Source: Eledone cirrhosa (lineage: Eukaryota). From it: a stretch of 64,000 nucleotides of DNA. Positions 14,002 through 29,700 of the stretch are shown here, piece by piece. The stretch lies in NCBI GenBank assembly GCA_964016885.1, contig OZ024740.1, forward strand, positions 295,492,001 to 295,556,000. Reading direction: 5' to 3'. Each line of letters starts with the position of its first letter. Within the stretch, counting starts at the first letter, position 1. Position numbers and translations under genes: made by a program. A model generated the notes under the pieces. That model saw only the letters and a program-made list of their open reading frames with translations, had not been told where the DNA came from and made no database searches.

Positions 14002-17000
14002 CAAGACTTTCGGACCACCTTGTACAACAAATCAGTATAGAATAGGGTATCAGGAGAGTATATGGTAGAACAGGGATATAAATCACGACTCTTGACTTCA
14101 CCACGAAATATTGAAGTTGCTAGGGTGCGGTTCCGATACATATTTTAATTACTGATTATTGCATAATTCATTACTTCAATGAATCTGACACTTTACTAAA
14201 TTACTATTGATTGATTCTATATGTAATAAAATAAATCTGGGAAATTTGGATTATTTTGTAATTTCGCTTTAATATCTTGATCATTTGTTAGAATAACACG
14301 TACCAACAATATACAATATATCAGTTTGGAATGCATACACATACAACCACCAAAGCAAATGTACAGTAATAAGAAAGATTAATCAGAAAGAAAAATACAC
14401 ACAAAAAAAGAAAGACATGTACACTCCCACAATTATACACTACAACAGCGAATGATGATGTTTTCTTCTAAAAATAAGGATGGGAGCATGACTGTACGAG
14501 TATCACCTCATACTTTAGTAAGACGAGCAGCTAACAATGACAAAAACTTTGTTATCAGCTGTCCAGCTTACCTGAATGTCTCCAATGCAACGTGCGGAAA
14601 GAGTAATTCACCAACTACAGTATTTCAACAACTTGCTCGGCTATAGATGCAGAATTCCCCCACATCCATATAAATTATAACACAAACTTCCTAAAGAAGT
14701 ATTATATTTTAGTTCTAATATTTCAGTGCAAAATACAACAATGCCATCGCACAAACAATGAGATTCGTGGAGCTACAAAGCCAATTTCTTATATATCGGA
14801 TCCTTGGCAAGGTAGTACAAGAGGAGGGTATTACCAGTTTAAAAGAAGCTCTACAGGAACGGAAGTGCAAACAGCTGAACCTGTCCGAGATCGCCAAGTA
14901 CCTATGCACATTAGACATGTGGGCATATTTCGAACAGCTGCTATCCGTGTGGTTTTTTCGACTTTGTATTGTTCTCAGCATTTATTATTTGAGTGATCCA
15001 TTTTTTGGTTGATTGATTCAATTTTTATTTGATGGATTGATTTTTTATTTGGGTGACCCATTTTGTTTTAGATGGATGCATTTGAGTGCCGGATCAAAAA
15101 CAATAAGTGTCAGCGCCGGATTAAAAAACATAAGGATAATGCTGGATTATAACTTGTTAGTGCGGATTAAACACACAAATGATCGGTACCAGATTAAAAA
15201 TAGTAAGGTTAAGTGCCGGATTAAAATTAATAGGGCTAAGTGGCGGATTAAAAATAAGGGTCAATGCCGGATTTAAAATAATAAGCATCAGTGCCGGATT
15301 TAAAATAATAATGGTCAATGCTGGATTTAAACAAATAAGGATCAGTGCCAAATAAAAGAGTGTCAATGCCGGACAAAAGTGCCAGTGTCGGATTAAAAAC
15401 ACTATGGATTAGTGCTAGGTTAAAATGTGTGGTGATCCATTTTTTATTTGATGGATCCATTTTTTATTTGATGGATACTTTTTTATTTAGGTGATCCATT
15501 TTTAATATGATGGATCCATTTTTTATTTGATGGATCCTTTTTTATTTAGGTGATCCATTTTTTATTTGATGGATCCTTTTTTATTTAGGTGATCCATTTT
15601 TTATTTGATGGATCCTTTTTTATTTAGGTGATCCATTTTTTATTTGATGGATCCATTTTTTATTTGATGGATCCTTTTTTATTTAGGTGATCCATTTTTT
15701 ATTTGATGGATCCTTTTGATTTATGTGATCCATTTTATATTTGATGGATCCATTTTTTTTATTTAGGTGATCCATTTTTTATTTAGGTGATCCATTTTTT
15801 ATTTGATGGATCCTTTTTTATTTAGGTGATCCATTTTTTATTTGATGGATCCATTTTTTATTTGATGGATCCTTTTTTATTTAGGTGATCCATTTTTTAT
15901 TTGATGGATCCATTTTTACTTGATGGATCCTTTTTTATTTAGGTGATCCATTTTTTATTTGATGGATCCTTTTTATATTTAGGTGATCCATTTTTTTATT
16001 TGATGGATCCATTTTTTATTTGATGGATCTTTTTTATTTAGGTGATCCATTTTTTATTTGATGGATCCTTTTTTATTTAGGTGATCCAATTTTTATTTGA
16101 TGGATCCATTTTTTATTTAGATGATCCATTTTTTATTTGATGGATCCATTTTTATTTAGGTGATCCATTTTATATTTGAAGGATCCATTTTTTATTTAGG
16201 TGATCCATTTTTTATTTAGGTGATCCATTTTTTATTTGATGGATCCTTTTTTATTTAGGTGATCCATTTTTTATTTGATGGATCCATTTTTTATTTGATG
16301 GATCCTTTTTTATTTAGGTGATCCATATTTTATTTGTTGGATCCATTTTTTATTTGATGGATCCTTTTTTATTTAGGTGATCCATTTTTTTATTTGATGG
16401 ATCCTTTTTATTTAGGTGATCCATTTTTTATTTGACGGATCCTTTTTATTTAGGTCATCCATTTTTTTTATGGATCCATTTTTTATTTGATGGATCCTTT
16501 TTTTATTTAGGTGATCCATTTTTTATTTGATGAATACTTTTTTATTTAGGTGATACATTTTTGATTTGATGGATCCATTTTTTATTTAGGTGATCCATTT
16601 TTATTTAGGTGATCCATATTATATTTGATGGATCCATTTTTTTTATTTAGGTGATCCATTTTTTATTTAGGTGATCTATTTTTTATTTGATGGATCCTTT
16701 TTTATTTAGGTGATCCATTTTTTATTTGTTGGATCCATTTTTTATTTGATGAATCCTTATTTATTTAGGTGATCCATATTTTATTTGTTGGATCCATTTT
16801 TTATTTGATGGATCCTTTTTTAATTAGGTTATCCATTTTTTTATTTGATGGATCCTTTTTATTTAGGTGAACCATTTTTTATTTGACGGATATTTTTTAT
16901 TTAGGTGATCCATTTTTTATTTGATGGATCCTTTTTTATTTAGGTGATCCATTTTTTATTTGATGGATCCATTTTTTATTTGATGGATCCTTTTTATTTA

Positions 17001-20000
17001 GGTGATCCATTTTTATTTGATGGATCCATTTTTTATTTGATGGATCCATTTTTTATTTGATGGATCCATTTTTATTTAGGTGAACCATTTTTTATTTGAT
17101 GGATCCTTCTTTATTTAGGTGATCCATTTTTATTTGATGGATCCATTTTTTATCTAGCTGATCCATTTTTTATTTGATGGATCCTTTGTATTAAGGTGAA
17201 CCATTTTTTATTTGATGGATCCTTTTTTTATTTAGGTCATCCATTTTTTATTTGATGGATCCATTTTTTATTTGATGGATCCTTTTTTATTTAGGCGATC
17301 AAATAAAAAATGGATCACGTAAATAAAAAAGGATCCATGAAATAAAAAATGGATCCATCAAATAAAAAATGGATCACCTAAATAAAAAAGGATCCATCAA
17401 ATAAAATATGGATACATAAAATAAAAAATGGATTACCTAAATAAAAAATGATCCATCAAATAAAATATGGATCACCTAAATAAAAAAATGGATCCATCAA
17501 ATAAAAAATGGATCCATCAAATAAAAAATGGATCCATCAAATAAAAAATGGATCACCTAAATAAAAAAGGATCCATCAAATAAAAAATGGATCACCTAAA
17601 TAAAAAGGATCCATTAAATAAAAAATGGATCACCTAATGTGAACAACAAATCAGTATAGAATAGGGTATCAGGAGAGTATATGGTAGAACAGGGATATAA
17701 ATCATTTTTTATTTGACGGATCCATTTTTATTTAGGTGATGGATCACCTAAATAAAAGGATCCATTAAATAAAAAATGGATCACCTAATTTGTACAACAA
17801 ATCAGTATAGAATAGGGTATCAGGAGAGTATATGGTAGAACAGGGATATAAATCATTTTTTATTTGATGGATCCATTTTTATTTAGGTGATCCATTTTAT
17901 ATTTGATGGATCCATTTTTTTATTTAGGTGATCCATTATTTATTTAGGTGATCCATTTTTTATTTGATGGATCCTTTTTTTATTTAGGTGATACATTTTT
18001 TATTTGATGGATCCATTTTTTATTTGATGGATCCTTTTTTATTTAGGTGATCCATTTTTTATTTGATGGATCCATTTTTTATTTGATGGATCCTTTTTTA
18101 TTTAGGTGATCCATTATTTATTTGATGGATCCTTTTATATTTAGGTGATCCATTTTTTTATTTGCTGGATCCATTTTTTATTTGATGGATCCTTTTTTAT
18201 TTAGGTGATCCATTTTTTATTTGATGGATCCTTTTTTATTTAGGTGATCCATTTTTTATTTGATGGATCCATTTTTTATTTGATGGATCCTTTTTTATTT
18301 AGGTGATCCATTTTTTATTTGATGGATCCTTTTTATTTAGGTGATCCATTTTTTATTTGATGGATTCTTTTTTATTTAGGTGATCCATTTTTTATATGAT
18401 GGATCCACTTTTTATTTGATGGATCCTTTTTTATTTAGGTGATCCATTTTTTATTTGATGGATCCTTTTTTATTTAGGTGATCCATTTTTTATTTGATGG
18501 ATCCTTTTTATTTAGGTGATCCATTTTATATTTGATGGATCCTTTTTTATTTAGGTGATCCATTTTTTATTTGGTGGATCCATTTTTTATTTGATGGATC
18601 CTTTTTTATTTAGGTGATCCATTTTTTATTTGATGGATCCATTTTTTATTTGATGGATCCTTTTTTATTTAGTTGATCCATTTTTTATTTGATGGATCCT
18701 TTTTTATTTAGGTGATCCATTTTTTATTTGATGGATCCATTTTTTTATTTGATGGATCCTTTTTTATTTAGGTGATCCATTTTTTATTTGATGGATCCAT
18801 TTTATATTTAGTTGATCCATTTTTTATTTGATGGATCCATTTTTATTTAGGTGATCCATTTTTTATTTGATGGATCCTTTTTATTTAGGTGATCCATTTT
18901 TTATTTGATGGATCCTTTTTTATTTAGGTGATCCATTTTTTATTTAATGGATCCATTTTTTATTTGATGAATCCTTTTTTATTTAGGTGAACCATTTTTT
19001 ATTTGATGGATCCTTTTGATTTATGTGATCCATTTTATATTTGATGGATCCATTTTTTATTTAGGTGATCCATTTTTTATTTAGGTGATCCATTTTTTTA
19101 TTTGATGGATCCTTTTTTATTTAGGTGATCCATTTTTTATTTGATGGATCCATTTTTTATTTGATGCATCCTTTTTTATTTAGGTGATCCATTTTTTATA
19201 CGATGGATCCATTTTTTATTTAGGTGATCCAATTTTTATTTGATGGATCCATTTTTTATTTAGGTGATCCATTTTTTATTTGATGGATCCATTTTTATTT
19301 AGGTGATCCATTCTTTATTTGATGGATCCTTTTTTATTTAGGTGATCCATTTTTTATTTGATGGATCCATTTTTTATTTGATGGATCCTTTTTTATTTAG
19401 GTGATCCATTTTTTATTTGATGGATCCATTTTTTATTTGATGGATCCTTTTTTATTTAGGTGATCCATTTTTTATTTGATGGATCCTTTTTTATTTAGGT
19501 GATCCATTTTTTATTTGATGGATCCATTTTTTATTTGATGGATCTTTTTTTATTTAGGTGATCCATTTTTTATTTGATGGATCCTTTTTTATTTAGGTGA
19601 TCCATTTTTTATTTGATGGATCCATTTTATTTAGGTGATCCATTTTTTATTTGATGGATCCTTTTTTATTTAGGTGATCCATTTTTTATTTGATGGATCC
19701 ATTTTTTTTATTTGATCTATCCTTTTTTATTTAGGCGATCAAATAAAAAATGGATCCATCAAATAAAAAATGGATCACCTAAATAAAAAAGGATCCATCA
19801 AATAAAATATGGATCCATCAAATAAAAAATGGATTACCTAAATAAAAAAGGATCCATCAAATAAAAAATGGATCCATCAAATAAAAAATGGATCACCTAA
19901 ATAAAAATGAATCCATCAAATAAAAAATGTTTCATCTAAATAAAAAATTGGATCCATCAAATAAAAAATGGATCACCTAAATAAAAAAGGATCCTTCCAA

Positions 20001-22814
20001 TAAAAAATGGATCGCCTAAATAAGAAATGGATCCATCAAATAAAAAATGGATCACCTAAATAAAAATGGATCACCTAAATAAAAAGTATCCATCAAATAA
20101 AAAATGGATCACTTAAATAAAAAAGGATCCATCAAATAAAAAATGGATCACCTAAATAAAAAGGATCCATCAAATAAAAAATGGATCACCTAATTTGAAC
20201 AACAAATCAGTATAGAATAGGGTATCAGGAGAGTATATGGTAGAACAGGGATATAAATCATTTTTTATTTGATGGATCCATTTTTATTTAGGTGATCCAT
20301 TTTATATTTGATGGATCCATTTTTTTATTTAGGTGATCCATTCTTTATTTAGGTGATCCATTTTTTATTTGATGGATCCTTTTTTTATTTAGGTGATACA
20401 TTTTTTATTTGATGGATCCATTTTTTATATGATGGATCCTTTTTTATTTAGGTGATCCATTTTTTATTTGATGGATCCATTTTTTATTTGATGGATCCTT
20501 TTTTATTTAGGTGATCCATTTTTTATTTGATGGATCCTTTTATATTTAGGTGATCCATTTTTTATTTGCTGGATCCATTTTTTATTTGATGGATCCTTTT
20601 TTATTTAGGTGATCCATTTTTTATTTGATGGATTCTTTTTTATTTAGGCGATGCATTTTTTATTTGATGGGTCCATTTTATTTAGGTGATCCATTTTTTA
20701 TTTGATGGATCCATTTTTATTTAGGTGATCCATTTTATATTTGATGGATCCATTTTTTTATTTAGGTGATCCATTTTTTATTTAGGTGATCCATTTTTTA
20801 TTTGATGGATCCTTTTTTTTATTTAGGTGATACATTTTTTATTTGATGGATCCATTTTTTATTTGATGGATCCTTTTTTATTTAGGTGATCCATTTTTTA
20901 TTTGATGGATCCATTTTTTATTTGATGGATCCTTTTTTATTTAGGTGATCCATTTTTTATTTGATAGATCCTTTTATATTTAGGTGATCCATTTTTTATT
21001 TGCTGGACCCATTTTTTATTTGATGGATCCTTTTTTATTTAGGTGATCCATTTTTTATTTGATGGATCCTTTTTTATTTAGGCGATCCATTTTTTATTTG
21101 ATGGATCCATTTTTTATTTGATGGATCCTTTTTTATTTAGGTGATCCATTTTTTATTTGATGGATCCTTTTTATTTAGGTGATCCATTTTTTATTTGATG
21201 GATTCTTTTTTATTTAGGTGATCCATTTTTTATATGATGGATCCACTTTTTATTTGATGGATCCTTTTTTATTTAGGTGATCCATTTTTTATTTGATGGA
21301 TCCTTTTTTATTTAGGTGATCCATTTTTTATTTGATGGATCCTTTTTATTTAGGTGATCCATTTTATATTTGATGGATCCTTTTTTATTTAGGTGATCCA
21401 TTTTTTATTTGGTGGATCCATTTTTTATTTGATGGATCCTTTTTTATTTAGGTGATCCATTTTTTATTTGATGGATCCATTTTTTATTTGATGGATCCTT
21501 TTTTATTTAGTTGATCCATTTTTTATTTGATGGATCCTTTTTTATTTAGGTGATCCATTTTTTATTTGATGGATCCATTTTTTTATTTGATGGATCCTTT
21601 TTTATTTAGGTGATCCATTTTTTATTTGATGGATCCTTTTTTATTTAGGTGATCCATTTTTTATTTGATGGATCCATTTTTTATTTAGTTGATCCATTTT
21701 TTATTTGATGGATCCATTTTTATTTAGGTGATCCATTTTTTATTTGATGGATCCTTTTTATTTAGGTGATCCATTTTTTATTTGATGGATCCTTTTTTAT
21801 TTAGGTGATCCATTTTTTATTTAATGGATCCATTTTTTATTTGATGAATCCTTTTTTATTTAGGTGATCCATTTTTTATTTGATGGATCCTTTTGATTTA
21901 TGTGATCCATTTTATATTTGATGGATCCATTTTTTATTTAGGTGATCCATTTTTTATTTAGGTGATCCATTTTTTTATTTGATGGATCCTTTTTTATTTA
22001 GGTGATCCATTTTTTATTTGATGGATCCATTTTTTATTTGATGGATCCTTTTTTATTTAGGTGATCCAATTTTTATTTGATGGATCCATTTTTTATTTAG
22101 GTGATCCATTTTTTATTTGATGGATCCATTTTTATTTAGGTGATCCATTCTTTATTTGATGGATCCTTTTTTATTTAGGTGATCCATTTTTTATTTGATG
22201 GATCCATTTTTTATTTGATGGATCCTTTTTTATTTAGGTGATCCATTTTTTATTTGATGGATCCATTTTTTATTTGATGGATCCTTTTTTATTTAGGTGA
22301 TCCATTTTTTATTTGATGGATCCTTTTTTATTTAGGTGATCCATTTTTTATTTGATGGATCCATTTTTTATTTGATGGATCTTTTTTTATTTAGGTGATC
22401 CATTTTTTATTTGATGGATCCTTTTTTATTTAGGTGATCCATTTTTTATTTGATGGATCCATTTTATTTAGGTGATCCATTTTTTATTTGATGGATCCTT
22501 TTTTATTTAGGCGATCAAATAAAAAATGGATCCATCAAATAAAAAATGGATCACCTAAATAAAAAAGGATCCATCAAATAAAATATGGATCCATCAAATA
22601 AAAAATGGATTACCTAAATAAAAAAGGATCCATCAAATAAAAAATGGATCACCTAAATAAAAAAGGATCCATCAAATAAAAAATGGATCACCTAAATAAA
22701 AAAGGATCCATCAAATAAAAAATGGATCACCTACTTTAGATAAATAAAAGATACGTCCAAGATCAACAAAAGCAGGTTGTGAAAATTCCGGTCTGCCAGT
22801 ACCACTAATCTGTA

Positions 22815-23004
22815 GCGGTGAATTGGTAGTATGAGTAGAGGGTCGTACGCCATGCTTTCCAGCATAGTTACGTTCCTTTACGTTCTGAGTTCAAATCCCG
22901 TTGAGATTAACTTTGCCTTTCATCCTTATGGGGTCGATAAAATAAAGTACCAGTAATGCACTGGGTAATTGCTGGCCTTGTGCCAAAAGTAGAAACAATT
23001 ATTA
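22815..23004 (+). mobile_element. Same SINE, island copy
   Basis: Matches 13079-13268. Confidence 0.88.
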
Positions 23005-23554
23005 GTAAGATCGAGAGGAATAAGACAAGTTTAAAGCAGTGTGTTTATAATATAGACTCATGTCCGAGTCATAACATGAAGGGCTTACTCTGCCACACTC
23101 TCCAGCTCGTCACAGAAAAGGCGACCATAATATATACAAGAATGTCTCTCATACATTCTTAGTGGGAATCAAATGAAAGTAGACATCCGTAAGCAATGGC
23201 GCTAACTAGTGAAATGAGTTACTCTGAGACCACATAAAAAGAAGAAATAAATAAAAAAACATGATGTTTTATGGAAAAGTAATAAAATGTTCTTCACAAA
23301 AAATAATAAAACTCCTAGAATTCTATAACTACAGAAATATATGTATATACAAAGATAATAAATGATATATTACAACAGGATCACAAGAACACAGCAACAA
23401 TAATAATTTTCAGAATGAATATACAAAAAATAATGTAAGTTAAAACAATATGTGACATATTGTTTTAACTTACATTATTTTTTGTTTTAATTATATAATA
23501 TATAGTATCGTTAATTATAATATGTAATAATAATAATATAATTTTCTATTTCAG

Positions 23555-23737
23555 AGCTCAGCTTTGGAAGAGAGGCTGCTTGCAAGTGTATGGACATATG
23601 ATCGTGTGCATTCTAGCAAGAGCATGGAGGATGTGCGACATGACTTCATTGCAAGATTCGGTAAACCAGCTCCTATGAAGAGGACGATACTGCGATGGGA
23701 ACATAAACTATTTCTCATTACTTTTGGTAGGGGGTGA
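23555..23737 (+). pseudogene. DUF4817-like transposase relic, island copy
   Basis: Matches 13819-14001. Confidence 0.68.
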
Positions 23738-26700
23738 CAAGACTTTCGGACCACCTTGTACAACAAATCAGTATAGAATAGGGTATCAGGAGAGTATATG
23801 GTAGAACAGGGATATAAATCACGACTCTTGACTTCACCACGAAATATTGAAGTTGCTAGGGTGCGGTTCCGATACATATTTTAATTACTGATTATTGCAT
23901 AATTCATTACTTCAATGAATCTGACACTTTACTAAATTACTATTGATTGATTCTATATGTAATAAAATAAATCTGGGAAATTTGGATTATTTTGTAATTT
24001 CGCTTTAATATCTTGATCATTTGTTAGAATAACACGTACCAACAATATACAATATATCAGTTTGGAATGCATACACATACAACCACCAAAGCAAATGTAC
24101 AGTAATAAGAAAGATTAATCAGAAAGAAAAATACACACAAAAAAAGAAAGACATGTACACTCCCACAATTATACACTACAACAGCGAATGATGATGTTTT
24201 CTTCTAAAAATAAGGATGGGAGCATGACTGTACGAGTATCACCTCATACTTTAGTAAGACGAGCAGCTAACAATGACAAAAACTTTGTTATCAGCTGTCC
24301 AGCTTACCTGAATGTCTCCAATGCAACGTGCGGAAAGAGTAATTCACCAACTACAGTATTTCAACAACTTGCTCGGCTATAGATGCAGAATTCCCCCACA
24401 TCCATATAAATTATAACACAAACTTCCTAAAGAAGTATTATATTTTAGTTCTAATATTTCAGTGCAAAATACAACAATGCCATCGCACAAACAATGAGAT
24501 TCGTGGAGCTACAAAGCCAATTTCTTATATATCGGATCCTTGGCAAGGTAGTACAAGAGGAGGGTATTACCAGTTTAAAAGAAGCTCTACAGGAACGGAA
24601 GTGCAAACAGCTGAACCTGTCCGAGATCGCCAAGTACCTATGCACATTAGACATGTGGGCATATTTCGAACAGCTGCTATCCGTGTGGTTTTTTCGACTT
24701 TGTATTGTTCTCAGCATTTATTATTTGAGTGATCCATTTTTTGGTTGATTGATTCAATTTTTATTTGATGGATTGATTTTTTATTTGGGTGACCCATTTT
24801 GTTTTAGATGGATGCATTTGAGTGCCGGATCAAAAACAATAAGTGTCAGCGCCGGATTAAAAAACATAAGGATAATGCTGGATTATAACTTGTTAGTGCG
24901 GATTAAACACACAAATGATCGGTACCAGATTAAAAATAGTAAGGTTAAGTGCCGGATTAAAATTAATAGGGCTAAGTGGCGGATTAAAAATAAGGGTCAA
25001 TGCCGGATTTAAAATAATAAGCATCAGTGCCGGATTTAAAATAATAATGGTCAATGCTGGATTTAAACAAATAAGGATCAGTGCCAAATAAAAGAGTGTC
25101 AATGCCGGACAAAAGTGCCAGTGTCGGATTAAAAACACTATGGATTAGTGCTAGGTTAAAATGTGTGGTGATCCATTTTTTATTTGATGGATCCATTTTT
25201 TATTTGATGGATACTTTTTTATTTAGGTGATCCATTTTTAATATGATGGATCCATTTTTTATTTGATGGATCCTTTTTTATTTAGGTGATCCATTTTTTA
25301 TTTGATGGATCCTTTTTTATTTAGGTGATCCATTTTTTATTTGATGGATCCTTTTTTATTTAGGTGATCCATTTTTTATTTGATGGATCCATTTTTTATT
25401 TGATGGATCCTTTTTTATTTAGGTGATCCATTTTTTATTTGATGGATCCTTTTGATTTATGTGATCCATTTTATATTTGATGGATCCATTTTTTTTATTT
25501 AGGTGATCCATTTTTTATTTAGGTGATCCATTTTTTATTTGATGGATCCTTTTTTATTTAGGTGATCCATTTTTTATTTGATGGATCCATTTTTTATTTG
25601 ATGGATCCTTTTTTATTTAGGTGATCCATTTTTTATTTGATGGATCCATTTTTACTTGATGGATCCTTTTTTATTTAGGTGATCCATTTTTTATTTGATG
25701 GATCCTTTTTATATTTAGGTGATCCATTTTTTTATTTGATGGATCCATTTTTTATTTGATGGATCTTTTTTATTTAGGTGATCCATTTTTTATTTGATGG
25801 ATCCTTTTTTATTTAGGTGATCCAATTTTTATTTGATGGATCCATTTTTTATTTAGATGATCCATTTTTTATTTGATGGATCCATTTTTATTTAGGTGAT
25901 CCATTTTATATTTGAAGGATCCATTTTTTATTTAGGTGATCCATTTTTTATTTAGGTGATCCATTTTTTATTTGATGGATCCTTTTTTATTTAGGTGATC
26001 CATTTTTTATTTGATGGATCCATTTTTTATTTGATGGATCCTTTTTTATTTAGGTGATCCATATTTTATTTGTTGGATCCATTTTTTATTTGATGGATCC
26101 TTTTTTATTTAGGTGATCCATTTTTTTATTTGATGGATCCTTTTTATTTAGGTGATCCATTTTTTATTTGACGGATCCTTTTTATTTAGGTCATCCATTT
26201 TTTTTATGGATCCATTTTTTATTTGATGGATCCTTTTTTTATTTAGGTGATCCATTTTTTATTTGATGAATACTTTTTTATTTAGGTGATACATTTTTGA
26301 TTTGATGGATCCATTTTTTATTTAGGTGATCCATTTTTATTTAGGTGATCCATATTATATTTGATGGATCCATTTTTTTTATTTAGGTGATCCATTTTTT
26401 ATTTAGGTGATCTATTTTTTATTTGATGGATCCTTTTTTATTTAGGTGATCCATTTTTTATTTGTTGGATCCATTTTTTATTTGATGAATCCTTATTTAT
26501 TTAGGTGATCCATATTTTATTTGTTGGATCCATTTTTTATTTGATGGATCCTTTTTTAATTAGGTTATCCATTTTTTTATTTGATGGATCCTTTTTATTT
26601 AGGTGAACCATTTTTTATTTGACGGATATTTTTTATTTAGGTGATCCATTTTTTATTTGATGGATCCTTTTTTATTTAGGTGATCCATTTTTTATTTGAT

Positions 26701-29700
26701 GGATCCATTTTTTATTTGATGGATCCTTTTTATTTAGGTGATCCATTTTTATTTGATGGATCCATTTTTTATTTGATGGATCCATTTTTTATTTGATGGA
26801 TCCATTTTTATTTAGGTGAACCATTTTTTATTTGATGGATCCTTCTTTATTTAGGTGATCCATTTTTATTTGATGGATCCATTTTTTATCTAGCTGATCC
26901 ATTTTTTATTTGATGGATCCTTTGTATTAAGGTGAACCATTTTTTATTTGATGGATCCTTTTTTTATTTAGGTGATCCATTTTTTATTTGATGGATCCAT
27001 TTTTTATTTGATGGATCCTTTTTTATTTAGGCGATCAAACAAAAAATGGATCACGTAAATAAAAAAGGATCCATGAAATAAAAAATGGATCCATCAAATA
27101 AAAAATGGATCACCTAAATAAAAAAGGATCCATCAAATAAAATATGGATACATAAAATAAAAAATGGATTACCTAAATAAAAAATGATCCATCAAATAAA
27201 ATATGGATCACCTAAATAAAAAAATGGATCCATCAAATAAAAAATGGATCCATCAAATAAAAAATGGATCCATCAAATAAAAAATGGATCACCTAAATAA
27301 AAAAGGATCCATCAAATAAAAAATGGATCACCTAAATAAAAAGGATCCATTAAATAAAAAATGGATCACCTAATGTGAACAACAAATCAGTATAGAATAG
27401 GGTATCAGGAGAGTATATGGTAGAACAGGGATATAAATCATTTTTTATTTGACGGATCCATTTTTATTTAGGTGATGGATCACCTAAATAAAAGGATCCA
27501 TTAAATAAAAAATGGATCACCTAATTTGTACAACAAATCAGTATAGAATAGGGTATCAGGAGAGTATATGGTAGAACAGGGATATAAATCATTTTTTATT
27601 TGATGGATCCATTTTTATTTAGGTGATCCATTTTATATTTGATGGATCCATTTTTTTATTTAGGTGATCCATTATTTATTTAGGTGATCCATTTTTTATT
27701 TGATGGATCCTTTTTTTATTTAGGTGATACATTTTTTATTTGATGGATCCATTTTTTATTTGATGGATCCTTTTTTATTTAGGTGATCCATTTTTTATTT
27801 GATGGATCCATTTTTTATTTGATGGATCCTTTTTTATTTAGGTGATCCATTATTTATTTGATGGATCCTTTTATATTTAGGTGATCCATTTTTTTATTTG
27901 CTGGATCCATTTTTTATTTGATGGATCCTTTTTTATTTAGGTGATCCATTTTTTATTTGATGGATCCTTTTTTATTTAGGTGATCCATTTTTTATTTGAT
28001 GGATCCATTTTTTATTTGATGGATCCTTTTTTATTTAGGTGATCCATTTTTTATTTGATGGATCCTTTTTATTTAGGTGATCCATTTTTTATTTGATGGA
28101 TTCTTTTTTATTTAGGTGATCCATTTTTTATATGATGGATCCACTTTTTATTTGATGGATCCTTTTTTATTTAGGTGATCCATTTTTTATTTGATGGATC
28201 CTTTTTTATTTAGGTGATCCATTTTTTATTTGATGGATCCTTTTTATTTAGGTGATCCATTTTATATTTGATGGATCCTTTTTTATTTAGGTGATCCATT
28301 TTTTATTTGGTGGATCCATTTTTTATTTGATGGATCCTTTTTTATTTAGGTGATCCATTTTTTATTTGATGGATCCATTTTTTATTTGATGGATCCTTTT
28401 TTATTTAGTTGATCCATTTTTTATTTGATGGATCCTTTTTTATTTAGGTGATCCATTTTTTATTTGATGGATCCATTTTTTTATTTGATGGATCCTTTTT
28501 TATTTAGGTGATCCATTTTTTATTTGATGGATCCATTTTATATTTAGTTGATCCATTTTTTATTTGATGGATCCATTTTTATTTAGGTGATCCATTTTTT
28601 ATTTGATGGATCCTTTTTATTTAGGTGATCCATTTTTTATTTGATGGATCCTTTTTTATTTAGGTGATCCATTTTTTATTTAATGGATCCATTTTTTATT
28701 TGATGAATCCTTTTTTATTTAGGTGAACCATTTTTTATTTGATGGATCCTTTTGATTTATGTGATCCATTTTATATTTGATGGATCCATTTTTTATTTAG
28801 GTGATCCATTTTTTATTTAGGTGATCCATTTTTTTATTTGATGGATCCTTTTTTATTTAGGTGATCCATTTTTTATTTGATGGATCCATTTTTTATTTGA
28901 TGCATCCTTTTTTATTTAGGTGATCCATTTTTTATACGATGGATCCATTTTTTATTTAGGTGATCCAATTTTTATTTGATGGATCCATTTTTTATTTAGG
29001 TGATCCATTTTTTATTTGATGGATCCATTTTTATTTAGGTGATCCATTCTTTATTTGATGGATCCTTTTTTATTTAGGTGATCCATTTTTTATTTGATGG
29101 ATCCATTTTTTATTTGATGGATCCTTTTTTATTTAGGTGATCCATTTTTTATTTGATGGATCCATTTTTTATTTGATGGATCCTTTTTTATTTAGGTGAT
29201 CCATTTTTTATTTGATGGATCCTTTTTTATTTAGGTGATCCATTTTTTATTTGATGGATCCATTTTTTATTTGATGGATCTTTTTTTATTTAGGTGATCC
29301 ATTTTTTATTTGATGGATCCTTTTTTATTTAGGTGATCCATTTTTTATTTGATGGATCCATTTTATTTAGGTGATCCATTTTTTATTTGATGGATCCTTT
29401 TTTATTTAGGTGATCCATTTTTTATTTGATGGATCCATTTTTTTTATTTGATCTATCCTTTTTTATTTAGGCGATCAAATAAAAAATGGATCCATCAAAT
29501 AAAAAATGGATCACCTAAATAAAAAAGGATCCATCAAATAAAATATGGATCCATCAAATAAAAAATGGATTACCTAAATAAAAAAGGATCCATCAAATAA
29601 AAAATGGATCCATCAAATAAAAAATGGATCACCTAAATAAAAATGAATCCATCAAATAAAAAATGTTTCATCTAAATAAAAAATTGGATCCATCAAATAA

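Larger units (their letters stand above)
12997..15430 (+). repeat. Full island copy (2.43 kb) inside the satellite
   Basis: Runs from actttagataaat to ggttaaaatgtgt, flanked by an A-arm on the left and a T-arm on the right. Confidence 0.95.
22733..25166 (+). repeat. Full island copy
   Basis: Matches 12997-15430 at offset 9736. Confidence 0.95.

Noticed and set aside
13815-14141. 108 aa minus-strand ORF in the islands
   Set aside because: It is the antisense shadow of the plus-strand transposase-like segment and has no recognisable motif.
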